In this document: piece after piece, positions 19,573 to 28,504 of the stretch
Position numbering within the stretch: the first letter of the stretch is position 1
Layout of the letters: every line of letters starts with the position of its first letter
From: Hyalangium minutum
Lineage (GTDB): Bacteria > Myxococcota > Myxococcia > Myxococcales > Myxococcaceae
Direction: 5' to 3'
Length of the DNA: 64,000 nucleotides
NCBI RefSeq assembly: GCF_000737315.1
Contig: NZ_JMCB01000002.1
Span: forward strand, 124,001 to 188,000
Made by a program: the position numbers and the translations under genes
Notes under the pieces: model-generated
What the model saw: only the letters and a program-made list of their open reading frames with translations
Database searches by the model: none
What the model was told of the DNA's origin: nothing

Positions 19573-20073
19573 GTGTCGCTGATCTGGATGCTGATCCACT
19601 TCTTCTGTGCGGTGTTCGCCGCCGTGGGCGTAGGGCTGCTCGTGGCCGGGCTTCGCGATGCCTGGAAGTCCTCCCGCACCCAGAAGTGGCCTCGGGCCCA
19701 GGGCACGGTCGTCTCCACCGAGGAGCTCCAGCACCAGCGGCCCGTGCCCGAAGAGTCCGGCGGCGGCACCCGCATCCACTATGAGGCCCGGATCCATTAC
19801 GAATATTCAGTAGGTCGAGTCCATATCGGCTCGACGGTTGTAAGGCTCGGCCCCACCGAGACCAGCAACGAGAAGCAGGTCCAGGCCACCCTGGCGCGTT
19901 ACCTGCCCGGGCAGACCGTCCAGGTCGCCTACAACCCCCAGGATCCCACCGAGTCCGTGCTGGAAACCGGCCTCCACCCTCTGGACTTCACCCGGGCCAT
20001 CATCGGCGTGATCTTCTTGGTGCTGGCCGTTTCGATGGAGTTCATCGCCCGCTGGTTTGCCGCCTGGCTGTAA
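19573..20073 (+). CDS. DUF3592-like membrane protein
   Basis: TM - W...GTVV...Y.Y.V...V.YNP.DP..SVL - TM architecture. Confidence 0.75.
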   Translation: MSLIWMLIHFFCAVFAAVGVGLLVAGLRDAWKSSRTQKWPRAQGTVVSTEELQHQRPVPEESGGGTRIHYEARIHYEYSVGRVHIGSTVVRLGPTETSNEKQVQATLARYLPGQTVQVAYNPQDPTESVLETGLHPLDFTRAIIGVIFLVLAVSMEFIARWFAAWL

Positions 20074-20197
20074 TGGTCCTCAGGGGTGGAGAACCCTATC
20101 AGTCGTTATGGAAGCCAGATCGGCCGGATCAGGAGCAACCGTATCGGGAAGCGTGCGATAATCCGTACACTGACTCATTCCAACGAGGTTGCTGTCC

Positions 20198-21226
20198 ATG
20201 TCCATCCGCTCTACGAACTCTTCCGGCTCGGGCCTGATCAATCGTCCTGCTACGCAGGACAAGCCCGCCACCCAGGCTCCCGCGCAGAACACTGTCGCTC
20301 AGCAGAAGTCCTCTGGCCTGCCGGACCGGCTGCAGAGCACGTTCGAGCGGGGCAACGAGATCAACAAGAACTGGAACAAGAGCTACTCCACTGACCGCGC
20401 GATGAACACCCCGAAGCTGCCCTCCAAGGGCCTCGGCGGCGCGCTGGCGGGTCTGCTGGGCAAGCTGCCCAAGTACGAGAAGAGCGGCAGCTTCGAGAAG
20501 AGCGTGGCGTACGCGAAGACCGAGGGCAGCTTCGGCGACCCGAACGGCATCGCGTCCGGCAACTACCGCGCCAGCTTCCTCGAGGCCGGCGTGAACGGCA
20601 GCGGCTCGGTGGCCTTCGAGAACGGCGCCCTCAAGGCGCACGGCGAGGTGCACGCGCAGGCCACGCTGATCGACGCGGCGGCGGACTTCCGCGCCAAGCT
20701 CGGGCCTCTGTCGGCCGAGGGCCAGGGCCACGCGTGGGTGGGCGCCAAGGCGAACGCCTCGGGTGACCTGACCATCGACCCGGTGAACGGCAAGTACGGG
20801 CTCGAGGTGGGCGGCGATGCCTTCGTGGGCGCCAAGGCTGGCGTCGAGGGCAAGGTGAGCCTGGGTGAGTACGGCGGCGTCGGTGGCAAGGCCGAGGCCT
20901 GGGCCGGCGTGGGTGTGTCCGCCAACGCCTCCGTGAAGCTGGAGAACGGCCGCTTCAAGGCGCGCTTCGAGCTGGGCGCGGCGCTCGGCATCGGCTTCAA
21001 GCTGGGCTTCAACGTCGACATCAACTTCAAGAAGATCGGCGACGCGGTCAAGAACGTCTTCAAGAAGCCGGTGGAGTTCGTGAAGAACATCGGCAGCAAG
21101 GTGGGCGAGGTGTTCAAGGGCGCCGCTGACGCCGTGAAGGACGTGGGTAGCAAGATCGCCGACGGCGTGAAGGCCGTGGGCAGCGCGGTGGGCGGCGCGC
21201 TCAAGAAGGTGTTCAGCGGCTGGTAA
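20198..21226 (+). CDS. Hypothetical protein: disordered Ser/Thr/Asn N-terminus, Gly/Ala-rich beta region, amphipathic C-terminal helices
   Basis: GAGG RBS before ATG 20198, strong GC3 codon bias; no Sec signal visible. Confidence 0.75.
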   Translation: MSIRSTNSSGSGLINRPATQDKPATQAPAQNTVAQQKSSGLPDRLQSTFERGNEINKNWNKSYSTDRAMNTPKLPSKGLGGALAGLLGKLPKYEKSGSFEKSVAYAKTEGSFGDPNGIASGNYRASFLEAGVNGSGSVAFENGALKAHGEVHAQATLIDAAADFRAKLGPLSAEGQGHAWVGAKANASGDLTIDPVNGKYGLEVGGDAFVGAKAGVEGKVSLGEYGGVGGKAEAWAGVGVSANASVKLENGRFKARFELGAALGIGFKLGFNVDINFKKIGDAVKNVFKKPVEFVKNIGSKVGEVFKGAADAVKDVGSKIADGVKAVGSAVGGALKKVFSGW

Positions 21227-21255
21227 GCTGAGGCCCAGCGGTCGCTTTCATTCCT

Positions 21256-21286
21256 GAGGGCCCACTTCCTAGCGGAGTGGGCCCTC
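21256..21286 (+). other. Intergenic stem-loop (11-bp perfect stem) without U-tract
   Basis: GAGGGCCCACT-tcctagcgg-AGTGGGCCCTC. Confidence 0.6.
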
Positions 21287-21302
21287 TGCTATTTGGAGAA
21301 GC

Positions 21303-22484
21303 ATGAGCACTCCCAACTTTGAGAAGCTCCTGAAGCAAGGCGACATCGAGAAGGGTCGCAACGAGGCGCAGGCTGCCCTCATGAAGGACCCCAACGATCG
21401 CCGCGCGCTGCTGGCGCTGGCGAAGGTGGCGGCCCTCGAGGGCGATGAGCCGCTGGCCGAGTCGCTCCTGCAGAAGGTGGCGGGCGGCACCGCGGATGAC
21501 GAAGCGGATGCTCAGCTGGTGCGCGCCGCGCTCCACATGCAGAAGGGCGAGTTCGAGCAGGCCGGCGCCATCTACATGAAGCTCGCGGAGGATCCGCCGC
21601 GCGCCGAGGCGCTCTACGGCGTGGGCTACTTCCTCACCGAGGCTGGGCAGAACGAGCTGGCCAAGAAGGCGCTGGTGAAGGCGGTGGAGATGGAGCCGGA
21701 GGTGGGCGTGTACCACTTCCAGCTGGCGCGGGTGCTGTTCGCGATGGGCGAGCTGAAGGGCGCCTTCGAGCACCTGGAGACGTCGCTCAAGCTCAACCCG
21801 GGGCACATCCCCTCGTACGTGGTGATGTCGGTGGCGCTGCAGGCGGGTGGCGAGCTGGAGGCGGCGGAGGACATCCTGCGCTCGGGCTTGAAGGCGTTCC
21901 CGGACGAGCCGCACATGCTGGAGCAGCTGAGCAACGTGCTGGCGGGCAAGGGTGACATCAACGGCGCGGCCGAGGTGGCCGAGCAGCTGGCGAAGGCGCA
22001 GCCCAACCACCCGAGTGCGATTGGCAACCTGGCGCGGTTCCGGATGGCGCAGGGACGGCTGGGCGACGCGCTGTCGCTGTGCCACGCGCTGGCCGAGCGC
22101 GGGATGGCCACGGGGCAGAGCCGCTCGGTGGAGGCCATGGTGTACGAGGCCATGAATCCTCCGGACATCGATGGGGCGCAGGCGGCGTGGCGCGCGGCGG
22201 CGGAGCTGGATCCGGACGACTGGCGGGCGCCGAACAACCTGGGTCTGCTGCTGATGCGTGGGCCGGAGGTGGAGACGATCCGCGAGGGCAGGGATGCGCT
22301 GGAGGAAGCGCACCGCCGCGATCCGGAGCGTCCCGAGCCGCGGCTCAACCTGGCCCTGGCGTGCGTGAAGCTGGGCGACAAGGCCCGGGCGAAGGAGCTG
22401 ACGAAGGACCTGCTGTCGCGCGTCGCGACGCTGGAGCCGGAGCAGCGCGAGCAGGCCGAGCGGCTGGCGAAGCAGCTCGCCTGA
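21303..22484 (+). CDS. Tetratricopeptide repeat protein
   Basis: Repeated TPR-like helices (AEALYGVGYFL, YHFQLARVL, APNNLGLLL, PRLNLALAC). Confidence 0.88.
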   Translation: MSTPNFEKLLKQGDIEKGRNEAQAALMKDPNDRRALLALAKVAALEGDEPLAESLLQKVAGGTADDEADAQLVRAALHMQKGEFEQAGAIYMKLAEDPPRAEALYGVGYFLTEAGQNELAKKALVKAVEMEPEVGVYHFQLARVLFAMGELKGAFEHLETSLKLNPGHIPSYVVMSVALQAGGELEAAEDILRSGLKAFPDEPHMLEQLSNVLAGKGDINGAAEVAEQLAKAQPNHPSAIGNLARFRMAQGRLGDALSLCHALAERGMATGQSRSVEAMVYEAMNPPDIDGAQAAWRAAAELDPDDWRAPNNLGLLLMRGPEVETIREGRDALEEAHRRDPERPEPRLNLALACVKLGDKARAKELTKDLLSRVATLEPEQREQAERLAKQLA

Positions 22485-22522
22485 GCGGGGGAGCGGAGCT
22501 GGAGCTGGGTGCCCCTGACGCG

Positions 22523-23239
22523 ATGAACAACCCCTCCAGTCGATGGAAGTGGCTGCTGGCGGCAGTGGCGCTGGCGGCCTGCGCGACCACGCCGTTGGGG
22601 AGCGAGGGCCCGGGCTGCGAAGAGGCAGCCGAGGTCGCTCTCTCCGAGGAGGCGTGCGCGGACGAGAGCCGCCTGGTGCCGCTGTGCGCCGGCGAGCAAT
22701 GCGGGCTGTACCGGTGCAGGGAGGTGAAGGAGTTCCTGGTGCTGGGGCGCGTGGTGCTGGCGCGCGGGGCGGCTGCGGTGTTGCCCAACCCCACGGCAGG
22801 AGCCCAGCGCAACTGGGGGAGCGCGCAGGAGTTGCCGCGGGACACGCGGCCTGTGTTCATCATCCCGTGGAGGCACCGGCCGCCGCTGCTGCCCAGTCAG
22901 CAGCAGATGCTGGACGAGGCGGCGAAGGAGCGGAGAAAGCCCCACGAGCAGCACCACATCTTCCCCAGGATGTTCAGGTCCTGGTTTACCCAGCAAGGCA
23001 TCGATATCGACGAGTACGTCATTCTCCTGGAGGTGGAGAAGCATCGGAGCATCCATCGGGGGGCGAACGGTGGACCGTGGAACGATGCCTGGGCTCGGTT
23101 CATCAATAAGCGCAGCAGTGACAGAGTGCCAAAAGAGGAGATCCACAAGTATGCGGGCCAGCTCATCTATGAGTTTGAGCTGTTCGGCCCAGTCATGCGG
23201 TTCAGAAGTCAGTTACCGCCGCTGCCTCTGGGATATTGA
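22523..23239 (+). CDS. sitA6: SitA6-family (TIGR02269/DUF2380) polymorphic toxin lipoprotein, copy 1
   Basis: Lipobox LAAVALAAC, C...C.LYRC motif, GAQRNWG, HHIFP...HRSIH...WNDAW nuclease-like motif; double-CXXCG gene follows. Confidence 0.85.
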   Translation: MNNPSSRWKWLLAAVALAACATTPLGSEGPGCEEAAEVALSEEACADESRLVPLCAGEQCGLYRCREVKEFLVLGRVVLARGAAAVLPNPTAGAQRNWGSAQELPRDTRPVFIIPWRHRPPLLPSQQQMLDEAAKERRKPHEQHHIFPRMFRSWFTQQGIDIDEYVILLEVEKHRSIHRGANGGPWNDAWARFINKRSSDRVPKEEIHKYAGQLIYEFELFGPVMRFRSQLPPLPLGY

Positions 23240-23245
23240 AGTGCC

Positions 23246-23968
23246 ATGCAGTTCTACTGGCTGAAGAGGGTTGAGAATCCGCAGTGCTCGGGTGGATACG
23301 ACTTCGGGCATCAATGGGGCCTGCCCGGGGTTCATTGCCCTATGTGCAACGACACCTGGGCATCCACAGGAGAGACCTATCCGTCGGTGGATCTGTCCCA
23401 GCTGCCTGCCGAGGAGCAGAGGAAATATCTGCCGCGGGTCGAGGAGAACTATGAGGAATTCGAGCGGTTGCGCGAGCAGGTGCGCCCGCTGGTGCCTCCA
23501 GGCGCTCGGCTCTGGCCCGGGACGCAGTTCGGCCCTTTGATTGGCCGAGCCCAGGGGGAGTTTGGCCCGCTGGTGCTGTTCTACGTGTGGGAGCCGTTGA
23601 TGCGGCGCGAGCCCATGGAGCGCTTGCAGGCGGAGGGCCTGAAGGGCTTGAAGGGGTGCCGTACGGCGCTGCGCTTCCGCAAGAAGAACCCGCCGGAGTT
23701 CCTCGAAATGGAGTTGCTGCTTCGGGGCAGACTGCACCCCGGCTGCCTGCCAGAGCTCACTCCTCCTTGTCCTCAATGCAAGGGGGGCAGCGCGAGCTGG
23801 CCGGAGGAGCCTGTCCTGGACGCGTCCACGCTGCCGCAAGACCTGGACCTGTTCCGGCTGGCCGACTTCATGAGGGTCATCGTCACCGAGCGCTTCGTGG
23901 AGGCGGTGCAGCGCCTGAGCTACGCGCAGGACCTCGCCTTCCAGCAACTGCCAGTGCGCGGCGGTTAG
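23246..23968 (+). CDS. sitI6: SitI6-family double-CXXCG immunity protein (TIGR02264), copy 1
   Basis: WGLPGVHCPMC, LRPGT-like LWPGTQFGP, PCPQCKG, DLFRL; 6 nt after the toxin gene. Confidence 0.85.
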   Translation: MQFYWLKRVENPQCSGGYDFGHQWGLPGVHCPMCNDTWASTGETYPSVDLSQLPAEEQRKYLPRVEENYEEFERLREQVRPLVPPGARLWPGTQFGPLIGRAQGEFGPLVLFYVWEPLMRREPMERLQAEGLKGLKGCRTALRFRKKNPPEFLEMELLLRGRLHPGCLPELTPPCPQCKGGSASWPEEPVLDASTLPQDLDLFRLADFMRVIVTERFVEAVQRLSYAQDLAFQQLPVRGG

Positions 23969-24013
23969 CACACGCTTGTCCCCGCACGGGCGTGTGTCTC
24001 GGTGCGCGTCAGG

Positions 24014-25186
24014 TCAGGGCTGTGTGGAAACCTGATCGGGATCAACTCCAGCGTCAGAGTCCGACGCTGCCGCCAGCGGCATGAGCCACTCCCGAGCCAG
24101 ACCGGCGGCCTCGGCCTTGAGCTGGAACACCTCTTCCGCCACGTCCGAGGCCCCTCGATGGCCGAGGGCACGCAGGCGCTGGCGCAGCGCTTGCTCCAGC
24201 TCCGCGGCGCTCGCGTAGCGCTCCGAGGGCTCCGGCCGGAGCAGCTTGTGGAGGATGAAGCGCGTGGGCTCGGGAACCTCGCGGGCGGCCCGCTCCACCT
24301 CGTCGAAGTTCAGGGAGCGGACGCGCTGGAGGAGCTGATCCAGCTCCTGGCCTGCCAGGACGTGCTGGCGTACCCCCAGCTCCTGAACGAACCCCTCCAC
24401 CGCCCCCAGTGCTTCTGGAGGCAGCAGGGCCAGATCCTTGCCCAGCTGCCGCAGGTCCACCTCCTCCTCCCGCCAGAGCAGGTGCTGGCCCGTCAGCAGC
24501 TCCAACAGGATCAGTCCCAGCGCGAAGAGGTCCGAGCGCCCATCCATGGACCGGCGGAGGATCTGCTCGGGCGAGGCATAGACATCGCGCCCGCCCACGC
24601 GGGCCCGCGAGGACGTCTGCCGGCCGCTGAGCTGGGAGCGCGCCAGCCCGAAGTCCAGCAACTTCACCTGCCCCCGCGGGCCGATGCGGATGCGGTCGGG
24701 GTGGAGGCCTCGGTGGATGATGCCCAGTGGTGCTCCCCGCGCATCCGTGAGCGTATGGGCGTGGTGCAGGGCGCTGGCCACCTCGGCGCCCACGTGGAGC
24801 ACGAACGTCTCGGAGCAGTAGCGTCCGCACAGCAACGCGTCGTTGAAGAGCGCGTCCACGGAGTCTCCCTCGACGTACTCCGTGACGGCGTAGAGGGTGC
24901 CCGCGTGCTCGTGCAGCGCGTACAGGCGGGCGATGGCCGGGTGCGAGAGCCGGGTGGCCAGCTGCGCCTCCTCCACCAGCCTCCGGCGCGCCTTGGGTGA
25001 AGCCTCCGCGGCAACGGTCTTGAGCACCACCTGCTCGCCCACCCGGCCCTGGCGGTGGACCCGCGCCAGCAGCAGCCGCTCGCCCCGGGGGCCCTCGCCC
25101 AGCTCCTGGAGGTGCTCATAGCTCACTTCATCCACGCTGAAGAGGAACGCTCCAGGGGCTGTCGCGGCGGGCTTCTTCTTGGACAT
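24014..25186 (-). CDS. Ser/Thr kinase-like protein, probable pseudokinase
   Basis: VVLK, DFG and SPE present, but the catalytic loop reads HRGLHPDRI. Confidence 0.82.
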   Translation of the reverse strand: MSKKKPAATAPGAFLFSVDEVSYEHLQELGEGPRGERLLLARVHRQGRVGEQVVLKTVAAEASPKARRRLVEEAQLATRLSHPAIARLYALHEHAGTLYAVTEYVEGDSVDALFNDALLCGRYCSETFVLHVGAEVASALHHAHTLTDARGAPLGIIHRGLHPDRIRIGPRGQVKLLDFGLARSQLSGRQTSSRARVGGRDVYASPEQILRRSMDGRSDLFALGLILLELLTGQHLLWREEEVDLRQLGKDLALLPPEALGAVEGFVQELGVRQHVLAGQELDQLLQRVRSLNFDEVERAAREVPEPTRFILHKLLRPEPSERYASAAELEQALRQRLRALGHRGASDVAEEVFQLKAEAAGLAREWLMPLAAASDSDAGVDPDQVSTQP

Positions 25187-25303
25187 GGGCAGGCTCCTTC
25201 GCTCGGCGGCGCGGGCGGGAGACTACCGTGGGCGTGCCTCGTGCGCGAGTGACCTGGTGAGTAGGAGCAGGCCTCGCGCTGCGGCGCTCCGTGTCAAGGG
25301 GCT

Positions 25304-27094
25304 TTACAAATCATAGTACTTGAATTGCTGCTCCCACCGTTTGGCCGGACGGCTCTGGAGGAGGTTACGGAGGAAGGGACCGTCATCGGAGCCCTCACGA
25401 TCGTTCTTCCACCGCTCAATGGGCATGGAGATGAAGCAGACCGGCAGCTTGCGGCCATCCGGAAGCTCCGCCTCGGTCCAACGGGCCCACGCGTTCCCTT
25501 GGACTGGAATCCAGAGCCGACCGTGGAGGAGCGTTCCTTTGGGGAGGTCTTCGAGCTGGCTCTTATACACACGGCTGACCACCTCCCCGCTGCGGAGGGC
25601 CACCACATCTTCTGTGTTAGGCCGTGAGGCGTCGAGAAAGACGAGGAACGGGGATCCCGTATCCGGGGCTTCGGCATAGGGGAACCACTGCCGCTCAATC
25701 ATGGCGGCGACAATCTTGGGCGGACAGTCTCCTGGGGGAGGTGTGGCCTGCATGGTGGCGCACGCTGTGTTCATGGCCGCCACGGCAGCGGGGACCAGCA
25801 GGCACCACTCGGGGGAGCCGGGGGCAGGAGCGCGCTTCGCGTCGGGAGAGAGGGTCTGGCGCTTCTTCATGGGAGGATCGTCCTTGCGCGTGGCAGGTGG
25901 GGGCAGGGCGCTGGTGGAGGGGGAAGGTGGCTCAGTGACGGGTGACGAGCCAGGGGCCAGGGAGGCTTTGGAAGCTTCGGAAGGCGGAGGGGACATTGGC
26001 GCCACGGGTCGCATCCAGGAGGAGAGGGAACTGGCGGCCAGCGCCAGGCCTCCGAGGCCCCCCGCCAGGACCGCGCCCCACGCGAGCCTTCGGGGGAGGC
26101 GTGCAAGCTGAGGCGGGCCTGCTTCCGCGGACACGTCTGGCTCTTCGCTCCCGGCCGGTGCTGGCAACAGCGCCTCCCATGCGGCGCTCCCGTCGTCCAG
26201 GCTGCCCAGATCGCGCTCCAGCGCCTCGGCGGTGGCGTGCCGCTGGCGGGGATCCTTGGACAACAGCCGCATCACCGCCTGGCTCAATGTCACGGGCAGG
26301 AAGGGGTGGAGCTCATGCGGTGGTGTGGGGATGCGCAGCTCGATCTCTGCATCGAGGCGCTGGCGCTCGGCGGCGGAGAAGAAGGGGCTCTGGCCGGTCA
26401 GCAACTCGTAGAAGGTGACGCCCAGCGCATAGAGGTCGTCCGCCGGTTGGAACTCGTACCGGGCTTCAGGGTCCTCCGCGTGCAGCCGGGCGAAGTGCAG
26501 GGACTCCGGGCTGCGATAGACAGGCGTGCCTGGCGGAAGGTGCTCCTGGGTGAGCGGCGTGGAGTGCGCATAGTCCCCCGCGCCCCAATCCACGATGACG
26601 GGCTCTCCATTGGGGCGCACGAGGATATTGGCGGGCTTGAGGTCGCGGTGGAAGATGCCCTGCTGGTGCGCAGTGCCGAGCGCATCCGCGAGCGCGATGA
26701 AGAGCCGCAGCGCCTGACGCAGGGTGGGGCGGTGGCGCAGGGCCCACACGCGCAAGGTGTCCCCCTGCACGAACTCCATGACGAGGTAGAAGTACCCATC
26801 CTCCAGATCTGGCCAGCGCCCATGGGCCAGGACCCTGACGATATGGCGGTGCTGGAGCCGGAGCAGACACGCCAGCTCCCGCTTCATCCGGTCGTCGGTA
26901 CGCTTCCTGTCATGAGGTGCGCTGGCCGCCCGGCGCAGGGCGAACTTCAGCGCGTAGCTCCGGCCCTGGCGCGTCGCGAGATAGACGACACCAAAGCCCC
27001 CGCTGGACAGCCGCTGCTCGAGGCGGAAGCTGTCCACCATGGCCCCGGGGCTCAAGAAGCCCGGGTGGATGAGGTGGGGAGGGGACCCCTTCAT
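25304..27094 (-). CDS. Ser/Thr protein kinase with TM segment, Pro-rich linker and C-terminal extracytoplasmic domain
   Basis: SGGFGVVY, YALK, HRDLKPAN, DWG, SPE; TM LAWGAVLAGGLGGLALAA; ATGA overlap with the DUF2381 gene. Confidence 0.9.
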   Translation of the reverse strand: MKGSPPHLIHPGFLSPGAMVDSFRLEQRLSSGGFGVVYLATRQGRSYALKFALRRAASAPHDRKRTDDRMKRELACLLRLQHRHIVRVLAHGRWPDLEDGYFYLVMEFVQGDTLRVWALRHRPTLRQALRLFIALADALGTAHQQGIFHRDLKPANILVRPNGEPVIVDWGAGDYAHSTPLTQEHLPPGTPVYRSPESLHFARLHAEDPEARYEFQPADDLYALGVTFYELLTGQSPFFSAAERQRLDAEIELRIPTPPHELHPFLPVTLSQAVMRLLSKDPRQRHATAEALERDLGSLDDGSAAWEALLPAPAGSEEPDVSAEAGPPQLARLPRRLAWGAVLAGGLGGLALAASSLSSWMRPVAPMSPPPSEASKASLAPGSSPVTEPPSPSTSALPPPATRKDDPPMKKRQTLSPDAKRAPAPGSPEWCLLVPAAVAAMNTACATMQATPPPGDCPPKIVAAMIERQWFPYAEAPDTGSPFLVFLDASRPNTEDVVALRSGEVVSRVYKSQLEDLPKGTLLHGRLWIPVQGNAWARWTEAELPDGRKLPVCFISMPIERWKNDREGSDDGPFLRNLLQSRPAKRWEQQFKYYDL

Positions 27095-28017
27095 GGCGCG
27101 GGCTCAGCGGGGCTCGCGCGATCGTCGCCCGAGAGGCGGGGAAACATGAAAGTCAGGGTCATGGCGGGCTGCTCTTGGGAGGGCACCTTCAGAGACAGAA
27201 TATATTCGCCTCGGGCTGGCGGTTCAGGGCTCAGGACGTCGACCACGACCAGGGCCTCGGGCCGGGGCAGCATGCGCTTCGCGCGCACCCCGCGCACCGT
27301 GAGCTGGTTTGGGGTGGTTGCTGGGGCCGTGAGCGAGGCCTCTTGAAATTCCCAGGGCTGCCCGCTGGGCGGCTGGGGAATGCGCAGGGCAAGCACGAAC
27401 CACCCAGGCCCCGCGTGCACCCACCCGCTGACCTTGAGACTGGAGCGATTCGCGTCCTGGACCTCCGTGATAGTGAGTGGGCTGGTGGAGAGGCCGTGCT
27501 CATCGAGCACACCCGAGACGACAAGGTCCGCCAGGGTGCCCGCCCCTGCCTGAGCCTGGGCCTGGGCGAGCTCCGCCTGGCACGCGGCGAGCGTCTGGAT
27601 GTGCCGGGAGATGTTCACTTGGAGGTCCACCTCGGAGGGCCGCGACACGAGCGCGAGCAGGGCCTCCTGCGGCGTGCTGTCGTCCCGGAAGCGGACGCTG
27701 AGCCACAGCCGTTCATGGGCGTCGAGCTTCACCCGAAGCTGAAGGACGAGAGAGCGCGCGCCGGCATCCACCAGTTGCACGCGCGTGGCATCCAGGACGA
27801 CCGAGTCCTTGTCGATGTCGGCATCGAAGCTCAGCAGGGTGCGCAGGTCTGGTGCCAGGTGGACTTCGGGGACGGGAGCACCTGAGCCCGCCACGGTGAC
27901 ATCGCGCTGTCGCAGGGCGCGAGGGGGCGCAGGTTGGGCTGCGGCGCTGTGGGCGGCCAAGAGAACGGCGAGCATCAACCATCTTGTAGGTAGGGACAGT
28001 GCGAGGTAACCTCCCAC
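27091..28017 (-). CDS. DUF2381 (TIGR02268) family exported protein; start uncertain (ATG 27975 possible)
   Basis: Signal peptide LAVLLAAHSAAA, EVHLAP...LLSFD, LSVRFRD..P, VDLQVNI, short coiled coil; typical position next to a myxobacterial kinase. Confidence 0.75.
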   Translation of the reverse strand: MGGYLALSLPTRWLMLAVLLAAHSAAAQPAPPRALRQRDVTVAGSGAPVPEVHLAPDLRTLLSFDADIDKDSVVLDATRVQLVDAGARSLVLQLRVKLDAHERLWLSVRFRDDSTPQEALLALVSRPSEVDLQVNISRHIQTLAACQAELAQAQAQAGAGTLADLVVSGVLDEHGLSTSPLTITEVQDANRSSLKVSGWVHAGPGWFVLALRIPQPPSGQPWEFQEASLTAPATTPNQLTVRGVRAKRMLPRPEALVVVDVLSPEPPARGEYILSLKVPSQEQPAMTLTFMFPRLSGDDRASPAEPAP

Positions 28018-28109
28018 GTAGGAAAGCTAGCACAGCCTCCGCGCGTCCTGGTCATCGGGGCCAGGGCCTCTCTGCAGGGGGCGCGGTGTACTCACGAGGG
28101 GAGCGATTC

Positions 28110-28457
28110 ATGAACCTGGCGCACTGGTGGGCTTCGCGTTGGACGCAGGTGAGAGGGTTGTTCAACAGCAGGGGTTCCTCGCGGACACCTGTCTCGGCAG
28201 GTTCCGGCGAACCGGGGGGTGAGTCGCGCCCCGGCGAGCTGAAAGAGACCTACGGCCGCATCGCTCGCATCGCGACGCATGCGCGGCCGGACGAAGACCG
28301 GAGGATGCAGCTGTGCCGCTGCTCCGTGTGCGGCGTGGTGAAGCTGTGCACGCCTGACAGTGACTTCTACGCGCAGCATGCGTGGGATCCGCTCATGTGC
28401 CAGGACTGCTTCTTCCAACTGGTGGTGGACGTGCAGTGCCGTGGGGTGAAGGCGTAA
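28110..28457 (+). CDS. Small hypothetical Cys-rich (putative zinc-binding) protein
   Basis: GAGGGGAG RBS before ATG 28110; CRCSVC..C...CQDC motif. Confidence 0.55.
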   Translation: MNLAHWWASRWTQVRGLFNSRGSSRTPVSAGSGEPGGESRPGELKETYGRIARIATHARPDEDRRMQLCRCSVCGVVKLCTPDSDFYAQHAWDPLMCQDCFFQLVVDVQCRGVKA

Positions 28458-28504
28458 GGAAGACTCCGGGGCTCTTGGGGGCGGTGGGATAGGCTCTCGC
28501 TGCG

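Noticed and set aside
22079-22522. N-terminal extension of sitA6-1
   Set aside because: Overlaps the TPR gene; the lipoprotein signal requires a start at 22523.
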